Assembly (NCBI GenBank): GCA_036560145.1 | Contig: DATBRV010000011.1 | Coordinates: 15,930 to 79,929, forward strand | Length of the DNA stretch: 64,000 nucleotides | Source of the DNA: Myxococcota bacterium | GTDB taxonomy: Bacteria > Myxococcota_A > UBA9160 > SMWR01 | Direction: 5' to 3' | Shown here: one piece after another, positions 1 through 10,100 of the stretch | How positions within the stretch are numbered: position 1 is the first letter of the stretch | Layout of the letters: each line of letters starts with the position of its first letter | Notes under the pieces: model-generated | Told to the model about the DNA's origin: nothing | Seen by the model: the letters and a program-made list of their open reading frames with translations, nothing else | Databases searched by the model: none | Made by a program: the position numbers and the translations under genes

Positions 1-1
1 C

Positions 2-835
2 GAGCTGCGATATTGGCTCGCCGCCTGGGACGTCGCGCCGGAGCGCGACGTCCGCCTGCTCGTGGTCCCGCCGCCGCGCATGGTGGCGGAGCTCGAAGCC
101 GGCCGGATCGATGCCTTCTGCGTCGGCGAGCCGTGGAACAGCGTGGCTGCGCAGCACGGCAGTGGCACGATTCTCCTCACAGGCCACGAGATTTGGAGTC
201 ACGCCCCCGAGAAGGTGCTCGCGGTCTCCTACGACTGGGCAAGGCGGCATCGGGGCACGCACCGCGCGCTCCTGCGCGCGATCCTCGAGGCCGCGCGCTG
301 GTGCGACGACCCGGAGAACCAGCGCGATCTCGCGCACCGGCTTTCCGCCGGCGGCTACGTCGACGTGCCGGAGGACGCGCTGACGCCGGCTCTCGTCGGC
401 CCCCTGCGCACGGCAAGAGCCACATCCCAACCAGTGATGCCGGCGTTCTACGACTTCCACCGATTCGCGGCCGGCTTTCCCTGGCGCTCGCACGCCGCGT
501 GGATCATCACGCAGATGCTGCGCTGGGGTCAGATCGAAAAGCCGGTGGACGTACGGGCCGTGGCCGCCGCCGTGTATCGGAGTGATCTGCATCGCGAGGC
601 GGCCGAGGATCTGGGGCTTGCCTGCCCGACGCGAGACGAGAAGTCGGAAGGCGCGCACGCGGCGCCCTGGACGCTCGAGACGACGGGGGCGCCGATCGAC
701 ATGCCGCCGGACCGGTTTCTCGATGGCCGCGTCTTCGATCCGTTCGACGTCCCCGGCTACCTCACGGGCTTCTCGCAACACGAGTTGCGCGTTCCGCTCG
801 ACGAGCTGGCAGCCGCCCAAGGCCATCGCGGCTGA
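2..835 (+). CDS. nasS: NrtA-fold nitrate-binding protein, C-terminal 277 aa (5' end cut by window edge); probably the cytoplasmic nitrate/nitrite sensor NasS
   Basis: Frame 2 is open from base 2. The translation [35 protein letters not shown] parallels motifs of the downstream NrtA paralog ([25 protein letters not shown]). The gene lies directly upstream of an ANTAR-type leader, the usual nasT-nasS position. Confidence 0.6.
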   Translation, partial: ELRYWLAAWDVAPERDVRLLVVPPPRMVAELEAGRIDAFCVGEPWNSVAAQHGSGTILLTGHEIWSHAPEKVLAVSYDWARRHRGTHRALLRAILEAARWCDDPENQRDLAHRLSAGGYVDVPEDALTPALVGPLRTARATSQPVMPAFYDFHRFAAGFPWRSHAAWIITQMLRWGQIEKPVDVRAVAAAVYRSDLHREAAEDLGLACPTRDEKSEGAHAAPWTLETTGAPIDMPPDRFLDGRVFDPFDVPGYLTGFSQHELRVPLDELAAAQGHRG

Positions 836-1001
836 TCCCGAATCGGGCAGCGCGTGCGCACGCCGTGGGCACCTGCGCGTGCATCGGCACGCATCCGTTC
901 CCCGAGACCGTCGGAGAGCGCGCGCATGGTTGGCACGCTCCGTGAATGGGACGTTCGGCGGGCCTTCCCAACGACGCGGCGGCCCACCACGGGATTGAAG
1001 C

Positions 1002-1040
1002 GCGGATCAGTGGAGATCCGCTTGCGGACAAAGGCGTCCG
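1002..1040 (+). promoter_or_regulatory. Dual hexaloop hairpins in the nrtA leader RNA, matching the ANTAR (NasT-type) antiterminator target
   Basis: P1 is GCGGATC-AGTGGA-GATCCGC (1002-1021). P2 is CGGAC-AAAGGC-GTCCG (1025-1040). Both loops are 6 nt with A at position 1 and G at position 4, and the linker is 3 nt. The P2 3' arm is shared with the terminator stem. Confidence 0.6.
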
Positions 1041-1087
1041 ACCGAGCGCGGGAGTCGCGCTCGGCCGGGCGTCTTCGTTTTTGGGGG
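1036..1087 (+). terminator. Intrinsic terminator (attenuator) in the nrtA leader
   Basis: The stem pairs 1036-1050 with 1056-1070 (core CCGAGCGCG/CGCGCTCGG, one A.C mismatch, one G.U). The loop is GGAGT, followed by GTCTTCGTTTTTGGGGG. It ends 9 nt before the nrtA ATG. Confidence 0.6.
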
Positions 1088-1095
1088 TTCGAGGG

Positions 1096-2436
1096 ATGGG
1101 TGCAAGGCGGTCGCTCGCGCGACTCGGCTCGGCGTTGCTCGTCGCGGCTCTCCTGGGATCGGCGGCGCCTGCCGCGGCCGTGCCTCCCGAAAAGGACGAG
1201 CTCAAGCTCGGATTCATCAAGCTCACCGACTGCGCCCCCCTCGTCATCGCGAAAGAGCTCGGGTTCTTCGAAGAGGAGGATCTCTACGTCACACTCGAGG
1301 CGCAGGCCAATTGGAAGATCCTTCTCGACCGTGTGATCTCGGGCGAGCTCGACGGGGCCCACATGCTCGCCGGCCAGCCGATCGGAGCGACGATCGGAGT
1401 CGGGACGAAGGCCCCCGTCGTCACCGCGTTCAGCATGGACCTGAACGGGAACGCGATCACCGTATCGAACGCGATCTGGAAGCGGATGCAGGCGGCGGAC
1501 CCGAAGCTGGCCGGGCCAAGACCGTCGCATCCGGTCTCCGCCAGGGCGCTCGTGCCCATCGTGGAGGAGTTCAAGGCAAAGGGCGAGCCCATGCGCATGG
1601 GCGTGGTCTTTCCGCTCTCCACCCACAACTACGAACTCCGTTACTGGCTCGCGGCCGCCGGCATCAAGCCGGGTTTCTATACGAACGGCGACTCGACCGG
1701 GACGCGGGATGCCGACGTCCTGATCTCGGTCACGCCGCCCCCGCAAATGCCCAGCACGCTCGAGCAAGGGACCATCCAGGGCTATTGCGTCGGCGAGCCC
1801 TGGAACCAGCAGGCTGTCTTCAAGGGGATCGGTGTTCCGATCATCACCGACCTCGAGATCTGGAAGAACAATCCGGAAAAAGTCTTCGGCGTGACGGCGG
1901 GGTGGGCGCAGCAGCATCCCGAGACCCACGTTCGCGTCGTCAAAGCGCTGATCCGCGCCGGCCAGTGGCTGGACGCGAGCCCCGCGAATCGCAAGAAGGC
2001 GGTCGAGATCCTGGCGCGACCCGAATACGTCGGAGCAGACGCCGCGGTGATCGCGAACAGCATGACGGGATACTTCGAGTACGAAAAGGGCGATCGGCGC
2101 GAGATGCCCGACTTCAATGTCTTCTTCCGCTACTTCGCCACCTATCCGTACTACAGCGACGGCGTCTGGTACCTCACCCAGATGCGGCGCTGGGGTCAGA
2201 TCCCCGAGCCGAAGCCCGACGCCTGGTTCGACGCGACGATCCGCTCCGTCTACCTCCCCGCCGTCTGGCGCCAGGCCGCGGAACGCCTCGTCGCCGAGCA
2301 ACATCTGGCGCCCGCGGATCTGCCTGCGACCGACGGCTACAAACCGCCGGACTCCGGCTTCATCGACGGCGTCCCCTACGACGGACGCAAGCCCAACGCG
2401 TACCTGCGCTCGCTCGCGATCGGCCTGAAGGACTGA
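1096..2436 (+). CDS. nrtA: Nitrate ABC transporter substrate-binding protein (NrtA/CmpA family)
   Basis: ATG at 1096 gives a signal peptide [28 protein letters not shown]. The mature part starts [24 protein letters not shown] and carries [12 protein letters not shown] and GYCVGEPWN, typical NrtA motifs. Confidence 0.9.
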   Translation: MGARRSLARLGSALLVAALLGSAAPAAAVPPEKDELKLGFIKLTDCAPLVIAKELGFFEEEDLYVTLEAQANWKILLDRVISGELDGAHMLAGQPIGATIGVGTKAPVVTAFSMDLNGNAITVSNAIWKRMQAADPKLAGPRPSHPVSARALVPIVEEFKAKGEPMRMGVVFPLSTHNYELRYWLAAAGIKPGFYTNGDSTGTRDADVLISVTPPPQMPSTLEQGTIQGYCVGEPWNQQAVFKGIGVPIITDLEIWKNNPEKVFGVTAGWAQQHPETHVRVVKALIRAGQWLDASPANRKKAVEILARPEYVGADAAVIANSMTGYFEYEKGDRREMPDFNVFFRYFATYPYYSDGVWYLTQMRRWGQIPEPKPDAWFDATIRSVYLPAVWRQAAERLVAEQHLAPADLPATDGYKPPDSGFIDGVPYDGRKPNAYLRSLAIGLKD

Positions 2437-2449
2437 CCAGGAGGCTGCG

Positions 2450-3373
2450 ATGCTCGACGTTCGACAGCTGCTCCGCACGATTGGCGCTCCCGTGATGGCG
2501 CTCGCGCTCTTCGTCGCGCTGTGGTCCGCGGCGGCGGCGCGCATCGAGACGAGCATCGGCGCTCTGCCCGGGCCCGGGCAGGTCTTGCTCGCGGCGCGTG
2601 GGCTCGTGGCCGAGCATCGGGCGGAGCGCGCGCGAGAGGGCGAATTCACGACCCGGATGGAGGTGAAGAGGCGCGCCGCGCTCGCCGCGGGCGAGCCATG
2701 GCGGGATCGCCAATATGCCGGCAAACCCACCTATTTCGACCAGATCGCGACGAGCCTCGCGACCGTGTTCACCGGATTCCTGATCGCCTCGCTCGTCGCG
2801 GTTCCGCTCGGCGTGCTGTGTGGCACCAGTCCGACCGTCTACGCGGCGCTCAATCCGCTGATCCAGCTCTTCCGCCCGGTCTCACCGCTCGCCTGGCTCC
2901 CGATCGTCATGATCCTCGTGAGCGCGCTCTACACGAGCACGGATCCCCTCTTCGAGAAGTCGTTCCTGTCCTCGGCGATCACCGTCGCGCTCTGCTCGCT
3001 CTGGCCGACGCTCGTGAACACCGCTCTCGGTGTCGCCTCCGTCGATCCGGACCACCTGAACGTGGCGCGCGTGCTGCGTCTGCCGTGGTACGTGCGTGTG
3101 CGCAAGATCGTGATTCCGTCCTCGTTGCCCTGGATCTTCACGGGATTGCGCCTCTCGCTCGGTGTCGGCTGGATGGTGTTGATCGCGGCGGAGATGCTCG
3201 CGCAGAACCCGGGCCTCGGGAAGTTCGTGTGGGACATGTTCCAGAACGGCAGCAGCGAGACTCTCGCCCAGATCATGGTCGCCGTTTTCACGATCGGGGG
3301 GATCGGGTACGCGCTCGACCGGGGCATGATTGCGCTGCAACGGGCGGTGAGCCATGACGTCCGTGCGACCTGA
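2450..3373 (+). CDS. nrtB: Nitrate ABC transporter permease (NrtB, NitT/TauT family)
   Basis: Multi-TM protein with a long N-terminal loop and a BPD-type permease core (..[23 protein letters not shown].. [17 protein letters not shown]). Confidence 0.9.
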   Translation: MLDVRQLLRTIGAPVMALALFVALWSAAAARIETSIGALPGPGQVLLAARGLVAEHRAERAREGEFTTRMEVKRRAALAAGEPWRDRQYAGKPTYFDQIATSLATVFTGFLIASLVAVPLGVLCGTSPTVYAALNPLIQLFRPVSPLAWLPIVMILVSALYTSTDPLFEKSFLSSAITVALCSLWPTLVNTALGVASVDPDHLNVARVLRLPWYVRVRKIVIPSSLPWIFTGLRLSLGVGWMVLIAAEMLAQNPGLGKFVWDMFQNGSSETLAQIMVAVFTIGGIGYALDRGMIALQRAVSHDVRAT

Positions 3374-4193
3374 GGAGATCCGCAGCGGCGCGCGGCCCGC
3401 GGCGCTCGCCCTGCGCGGCGTCGCGAAGGGCTTCGGCCCGCGCGGGCGTCGCAGCGAGGTGCTGGCCGGCGTCGAGTTCGAGCTTGCGCCGGGCGAGTGT
3501 GTCGCGGTGCTCGGCTTCTCGGGGAGCGGGAAGACGACGCTGCTCTCGATCCTGGCGGGCCTTCTCCCGCCGGACGCGGGCTCCGTCGAGATGGACGGCG
3601 CGCCGGCTCCGCCCGCGGGCCCCGAACGCGGTGTCGTCTTTCAGAGCTACGCGCTGCTTCCCTGGCTCACGGTCGCGGGCAACGTGCAGCTCGCGGTCGA
3701 CGCCGTCCACCCGGAGCTCGGCCGGCGCGCCCGGCGCGCGCGCACGCTCGAGCTCGTGCGCGTCGTCGGTCTCGAGGCGGCGCTCGAGAAGCGTCCACGC
3801 GAGCTCTCCGGAGGCATGCGACAACGGGTGGCGGTCGCACGCGCGCTCGCGCTGGAGCCGCGAATCCTGCTGCTCGACGAGCCGCTCGGCGCGGTCGACG
3901 CGCTGACGCGCAGCTCGCTTCAGGCCGAGTTCGCGCGTCTCTTCGAGCGCTCGCACAAGAGCGTCGTCCTCGTCACCAACGACGTCGACGAAGCCATTCT
4001 GCTCGCGGACCGCATCGTGCCGCTGACGCCCGGGCCTCGTGCGACGCTCGGCGCCTCGTTTCGCGTCGCGCTCGCGCGCCCGCGCGATCGCACCTGGTTG
4101 AATCGCGACCCCGCCTTCAAGAAGCTGCGAAACGAGATCACGACCCATCTGCTCGAGCTCTCCGCGCGGCGTCCAGGCAGGGCGCGCCGATGA
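3354..4193 (+). CDS. ABC transporter ATP-binding protein (nitrate/sulfonate/bicarbonate type), first of two
   Basis: Walker [10 protein letters not shown], signature [15 protein letters not shown], Walker B LLLDEP. Overlaps the nrtB end by 20 nt. Confidence 0.9.
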   Translation: MTSVRPEEIRSGARPAALALRGVAKGFGPRGRRSEVLAGVEFELAPGECVAVLGFSGSGKTTLLSILAGLLPPDAGSVEMDGAPAPPAGPERGVVFQSYALLPWLTVAGNVQLAVDAVHPELGRRARRARTLELVRVVGLEAALEKRPRELSGGMRQRVAVARALALEPRILLLDEPLGAVDALTRSSLQAEFARLFERSHKSVVLVTNDVDEAILLADRIVPLTPGPRATLGASFRVALARPRDRTWLNRDPAFKKLRNEITTHLLELSARRPGRARR

Positions 4194-5023
4194 GCGCCTA
4201 CCTCGAGCTGTTCGCGCTCGCCAAGGACTTCGATGGTCCCCAGGGGCGCACGCGCGTCGTGGAAGGCTTCGACATCGCACTCGCGCGCGGGGAGTTCGTG
4301 TGCCTGCTCGGCCACTCGGGCTGCGGGAAGTCGACCGTGCTCTCGATGGTCGCGGGCCTCACGGGGATCTCGTCCGGCGGCGTCGTGCTCGACGGCCGCG
4401 AGATCGACGGACCCGGGCCCGATCGCGGCGTGGTCTTCCAGTCGCCGAGCCTGCTGCCGTGGCTGACGGCGCTCGCCAACGTCCGGCTCGGCGTGGACCG
4501 CGTGTTTGCGGACCGCAGCGAGGCCGAGCGGCGCGCGATCGCTGCGGAAACGCTCGAGCGGGTGGGCCTCGGCGACGCGCTCGACCGGCGACCCGACGAG
4601 CTGTCGCAGGGCGAATGTCAGCGCGTGGGAATCGCGCGGGCCTTTGCGCTCGCGCCGAAGCTGCTGCTGCTCGACGAGCCGTTCGGGATGCTCGACTCGC
4701 TGACGCGCATGGAGCTTCAGGAGGTGCTGCTCGAGCTCTGGAGCCACGATCGCAAGACGGCGCTGATGGTCACCCACGACGTGGACGAAGCCCTCTACCT
4801 ATCGGATCGGATCGCGCTGATGACCAAGGGACCGAAGGCCCGGATCGGCGAGATCGTGGAAGTCGGTTTCCCGCGACCGCGCGAGCGCAGCGCCGTGCTC
4901 GAGCACCCGGACTACTACCAGCTCCGTGAACGCCTGCTGGATTTCCTCGAAGAGCAGGACGCGCGGCCCGAAGCCGAGCTGGTGAGCGACGCCGTCACCG
5001 GGCTCGGGGGAGTCGCCGCATGA
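4190..5023 (+). CDS. ABC transporter ATP-binding protein (NrtD-like), second of two
   Basis: An internal ATG at 4190 overlaps the previous stop (ATGA). Walker A GHSGCGKST, signature LSQGECQRVGIARAF, Walker B LLLDEP. Confidence 0.9.
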   Translation: MSAYLELFALAKDFDGPQGRTRVVEGFDIALARGEFVCLLGHSGCGKSTVLSMVAGLTGISSGGVVLDGREIDGPGPDRGVVFQSPSLLPWLTALANVRLGVDRVFADRSEAERRAIAAETLERVGLGDALDRRPDELSQGECQRVGIARAFALAPKLLLLDEPFGMLDSLTRMELQEVLLELWSHDRKTALMVTHDVDEALYLSDRIALMTKGPKARIGEIVEVGFPRPRERSAVLEHPDYYQLRERLLDFLEEQDARPEAELVSDAVTGLGGVAA

Positions 5024-7113
5024 GCGAAGCGTTGCGCGAGACCCGGAGCGTCTGCAGCTTCTGCGGCGTCGGATGCGGCGTGATCGTGACTTCGCAGGGT
5101 GACCGGATGGTCGGCGTGCGCGGCGACCCCGACCACCCGGCGAACCGCGGGGCGCTGTGCACGAAGGGCCTCGCGCTGCACGAGATGGTGTCCGGGGACG
5201 ATCGCCTCCGGGCGCCGCTCGGCCGCCGTGTCAAAGGCGGTCCGCTCGAGCGCCTCTCGTGGGAAGCGGCGGAGGATCGGCTCGCCGGCGCGCTGCGGGA
5301 GGCGCTGCGCGCGCGCGGCCCCGACGCCATCGGACTCTACCTCTCGGGCCAGCTTCTCACCGAGGACTATTACGCGCTCAACAAGCTCGCGAAGGGCTTC
5401 CTCGGCACGAACCACGTCGATTCGAATTCGCGGCTCTGCATGTCGAGCGCTGTGTCGGCGTATCAGCGCGCGTTCGGCGTCGACGGACCGCCGACCTGCT
5501 ACGAGGACCTCGACCACGCGGATCTCTACCTCGTGGTGGGTGCCAACATGGCGTGGTGCCACCCCGTGCTGTTTCGCCGGCTCGAGACGGCGCGCGCGTC
5601 GCGACGGCCAGCGCCGCGCCTGATCGTGCTCGATCCGCGTCGCACCGCCACGGCCGGCGTGGCTGATCTCCACGTCGCGCTGCGTCCCGGGAGCGACGGC
5701 GTCTTCCTCACGGCGGTGCTCGCCGAGCTCTGGCGGCGGGGCCGTCTGGACGACGCGTATGTCGACGCGCACACGGAGAATTTCGAAGCGCTCGAAGCCG
5801 TGCTCCCGGACTTCGGGCCGGAGCGTGTCGAGCGAGATTGCGGGATCTCGCAAGCGACGCTCGCATCCGTCGTCGACTGGTGGGCCGATGCGGGCGCAGC
5901 CCTCTCGCTCTGGGCGATGGGCGTGAACCAGAGCGCGCACGGAACGGACACGGCGAACGCGCTCATCAACCTGCACCTCGCCAGCGGCCAGATCGGTCGA
6001 CCCGGATCCGGCCCGTTCTCGCTCACCGGTCAGCCGAACGCGATGGGCGGGCGCGAGGTCGGGGCGATGGCGACCATGCTCTCCGCGCACCGCGACCTCG
6101 CTTCGGAGCGCGATCGCCTCGACCTCGCGTCGTTCTGGGGGAGCGGACCGATCGGCGCCACGCCAGGTCGGACCGCCGTCGAGCTGTTCGATCACGCGGC
6201 CGACGGCGGCCTGGACGTGCTCTGGATCGTCGCCACCAATCCGGCCGTGACGCTCCCCGACCAGGCGAGCGTTCGCCGCGCGCTCGAGCGCACACCGCTG
6301 GTGGTGCTCCAGGACGTGGTCGGCGGCACCGACACCGCGCGCTACGCCGATCTCCTGCTTCCGGCTGCCGGCTGGGGCGAGAAGTCGGGGACGATGACGA
6401 ACAGTGAACGCTGCGTCTCGCGGCTGAACGCGGCGGTGCCGCCGCCCGGCGAGGCGCGTCCGGATTGGATGATCGCGGCGGCGATCGCGGCGCGCATGGG
6501 CTTTGGGCACGCCTTCGCGTGGCGCAGCGAGACCGATATCTGGCGCGAACACACCGCGACCACCGCCGGGCGCGACTGCGACATGCTTGGCATGACCGCG
6601 GAGCGCCTGGCTTCCTCGCCGCTGCGCTGGCCGTGTCCCGACGCGTCGCACCCGGGGACGCTGCGGCTCTACGGGGACGGGCGCTTCCAGACCCCGAGCG
6701 GACGCGCCCGTTTCGTGGTCCCGCGCCGCCTGCGCGTGGCGGAGGCGCCTTCGGCCGGCACGCCGATCGCGCTGACGACCGGACGCGTTCGCGACCAGTG
6801 GCACACCATGACGAAGACCGGCCGCGTTGCGCGCCTGCTCGGCCACTCTCCCGTGCCGGAGATCGAACTGTCGCCCGCGGACGCGGCCCGGCTCGGCATC
6901 GGAGACGGGGACCTCGTGCGGGTCACGGCGTCTCGCGGCGGCTTCACGATGCCGGCGCGCATCACGGACGCCTTGCCGGAGGGTGTCGCGTTCGCGCCGA
7001 TGCACTGGAGCGATGCCACCGCCGAGGATGCTCTCGTGAACGGCGCGCTCGCCCCACAGATCGACCCGCACTCGAAGCAGCCCGAGCTCAAGCACGTTCC
7101 GGTGCGCGTCGAA
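5020..7113 (+). other. nasA: NasA module: molybdopterin (bis-MGD) assimilatory nitrate reductase
   Basis: N-terminal 4Fe-4S motif CSFCGVGCG..C, followed by LCTKG, YLSGQLLTEDYYALNKLAKGFLGTNHVDSNSRLCMSS and a C-terminal beta-barrel segment (GDLVRVTASRGGF..APMHW). Confidence 0.9.
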
Positions 7114-10100
7114 CGCCTCGCCGGGAAGGCTGCGCCGGCCGGCGACACGGCCGGCGCGCGCACCCTGTGCGTCTGTCGCGAAGTGACGTTCGACTCGGTG
7201 CAGACCGCCCTCGCGCAGGGCGCGGCGGGCGTCGGATCCGTCGGTCGCCGGACGGGCGCCGGAATGGGTTGCGGCTCGTGCGTCCCGGAGATCGCGGGGC
7301 TGCTCCGCCGCGCACCGGCCGCGCCCGGGCGCGAGCGGCTCGTCGTGATCGGAAACGGAATGGTCGGCCACCGCTTCGTCGAGTCTCTGGTCGAGCACGG
7401 CGGGGCGGAGCGCTACCAGGTCGTCGTGCTCGGCGAAGAGCCGCGCCCGGCCTACGACCGGGTGCACCTCTCGGATCTCTTCTCGGGCCGGACGCCAGCG
7501 GATCTCGCGCTCGCCTGCGCGGAGGAATATCTGGCGGACGGCGTCGAGCTTCGGGTCGGCGCGCGCGTCATGGCGATCGATCGCGACGACCGGAGCGTCC
7601 TCACCAGCGACGGCGAGCGCATCCCGTACGACGCGCTCGTACTGGCAACCGGCTCCTCGCCCTTCGTGCCGCCCATTCCGGGAACCGAGAAGCGCGGCGT
7701 CTTCGTCTACCGCACGATCGAGGACGTCGAAGCGATCCGCGCTGCCGCTGCCGGGGCGCGCACCGGCATCGTGATCGGCGGGGGGCTGCTCGGGCTCGAG
7801 GCGGCGAAGGCGTTGCGCGACCTCGGCCTCGAGACGCACGTGGTCGAGGCGGCGGCCCGGCTGATGCCCCGCCAGCTCGACGCCGCGGGCTCGGCCGCGC
7901 TCGTGCGGCGCATCGAGGCGCTGGGCGTTCGCGTCCATCTCGCCACGGCGATCGAGCAGGTGCTCGGCGACGACAGGGCGACCGGCCTGCTCCTCGCGGG
8001 CCGCAAGCAGCTCGCGGCCGAGCTGATCGCGATCTCGGCCGGCATCCGACCCCGCGACGAGCTGGCGGTCGCTTGCGGCCTCGCGCGCGCCGAGCGCGGC
8101 GGCGTCGCGGTGGACGACGAGCTGCGCACCAGTGACCCGCGCATCTTCGCGATCGGGGAGGTCGCTTCGCACCGCGGCATGGTCTACGGGCTGGCCGCTC
8201 CTGGCTACGCGATGGCCGACACGCTTGCGTGGAATTTCGCCTCGGAGCCAGCCGCCGAGGCGCGGCGCTTCGAAGGCGCCGACCTCTCCACGCAGCTCAA
8301 GCTCCTGGGCGTCGACGTGGCGAGCCTCGGCGACCCGTTCGCGGGTGGCGAGAGCGCGACGGCGGTCGTGTTCCAGGACCTGCGGCGCGATCGCTACGCG
8401 AAGCTCGTGATCTCGGACGACGGCCGCCGGCTCGCCGGCGGCATCCTGGTCGGCGACGTGAGCCAGTACGCGCGCCTGCTCCAGCTCGCGCGCGAGGGCC
8501 GGGAGCTTCCCGAGAGCACGGACGAGCTCCTCTTCGGAACCCGCGCGAGCGAAGCGGTGGACGCGAGCGACGCAGCTCAGGTCTGTTCCTGCAACAACGT
8601 GAGCCGCGGCTCCCTGCGCGGCGCGATCCGCGAGAACGCGCTCGACACGATTGCGGCGGTCAAGAAGGCGACCAAGGCGGGCACGGGCTGCGGGGGATGC
8701 CTGCCGATCGTGACGCAGATCCTGAACGCGGAGCTCGCGGCGGCCGGGCGGGCCGGAGAAAACCACCTTTGCGAGCACTTCGCCTACACGCGGCAGGAGC
8801 TCTTCCAGATCGTGAAGATCACGGGTAGCCGAAGCTTCGAGGCACTGCTCGCGAGCCACGGGCGCGGCGCGGGCTGCGAGATCTGCAAGCCGGCAGTGGC
8901 GTCGATTCTCGCGAGCTTGTGGAACGAGCCGATTCTCGGCCAGGATACGATCCAGGACAGCAACGACCGCTTCCTCGGGAACATCCAGCGCGGCGGCACC
9001 TACTCCGTCGTCCCTCGCGTCCCGGGTGGCGAGATCACCCCCGAAAAGCTCGTCGTGCTCGGGCAGGTGGCCAGCAGGTTCAGCCTCTACTGCAAGATCA
9101 CCGGCGGCCAGCGCATCGACCTGCTCGGCGCGCGCGTCGAGCAGCTCCCCGACATCTGGAAGGAGCTGGTCGAGGCGGGCTTCGAGAGCGGCCACGCCTA
9201 CGGCAAGGCCATGCGAACCGTCAAGAGTTGCGTCGGCACGACCTGGTGTCGCTACGGCGTTCAGGACTCGACCGGTCTCGCGATCCGCATCGAGGAGCGA
9301 TACCGGGGCATCCGCGCGCCGCACAAGCTCAAGGCTGCCGTCTCCGGCTGCATCCGCGAGTGTGCGGAGGCGCAAAGCAAGGACTTCGGCGTGATCGCGA
9401 CCGAGCGCGGCTGGAACCTCTACGTGTGCGGGAACGGCGGGTCGAAGCCCCGCCATGCGGAGCTTCTCGCCGCGGATCTCGACGAGCCGACGCTGGTTCG
9501 CTTCATCGACCGCTTCCTCATGTACTACATCCAGACGGCGGATCGATTGACGCGCACCGCGCGTTGGCTCGAGACGCTGCCAGGCGGAGTCGACTACCTG
9601 CGCAAGGTCGTGGTCGACGATCACCTCGGTGTGGCCGCGGAGCTGGAGAGCCAGGTGCAGCATCTCGTCGACACCTACGCGTGCGAGTGGAAGCAGGTCG
9701 TCGAGAGCCCGGAGCTCCAGAAGCGCTTCCGTCATTTTGCGAACGCGAGCGAGCCCGACGACACGCTGAGCTTCGTCGAGGAGCGAGGCCAGCGGCGCCC
9801 GGCCGACTGGGCGAAGCCGGTTGCGTGTGCCCCGCCCGACCCCGAAGCGCTTGCAGAAGACTCCAGCTGGGTGCCGCTCGCCTCGGTGGACGAGGTGCCG
9901 GCCGACGGCGGCGTCGCCGTGCGCTACGGCGACGTCCAGCTCGCCGTCTTCCACGTGGCCGCGCACGACGCCTGGTACGCCACCCAGAACCGCTGCCCCC
10001 ACACGGGGGACATGGTGCTGGGCCGCGGCATCGTGGGAGATCAGGGCGGCCGAGCCAAGGTCGCCTGTCCGCAGCACAAGAAGACGTTCGATCTGGAGAC

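Noticed and set aside
931-946. Sigma-54-like promoter TGGCAC-gctcc-GTGAA upstream of the ANTAR hairpins. A second candidate, GGGCAC-N-GTGCAT, lies at 866-885.
   Set aside because: The -24 element is perfect, but the -12 GC dinucleotide is missing (GA instead) in the first candidate. In the second the spacing is off by one. The position would be attractive for an NtrC/sigma-54 nas promoter, but the sequence alone does not support it.
1084-1096. GGGGTTCGAGGGA, which resembles a tRNA T-arm.
   Set aside because: There is no acceptor, D or anticodon arm around it. It lies between the leader terminator and the nrtA start codon and more likely provides the ribosome-binding site.
757-2730. Long alternative-frame or antisense ORFs over real genes. 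Examples: 757..2730(-), 13252..15045(-), 18544..20937(+), 21548..24391(+), 28539..30476(+), 42808..45597(+), 46105..47283(-), 55648..56937(-).
   Set aside because: All translate to R/A/G/P-dominated sequence with no family motifs. All overlap ORFs that have clear family signatures. They are GC-driven artefacts.
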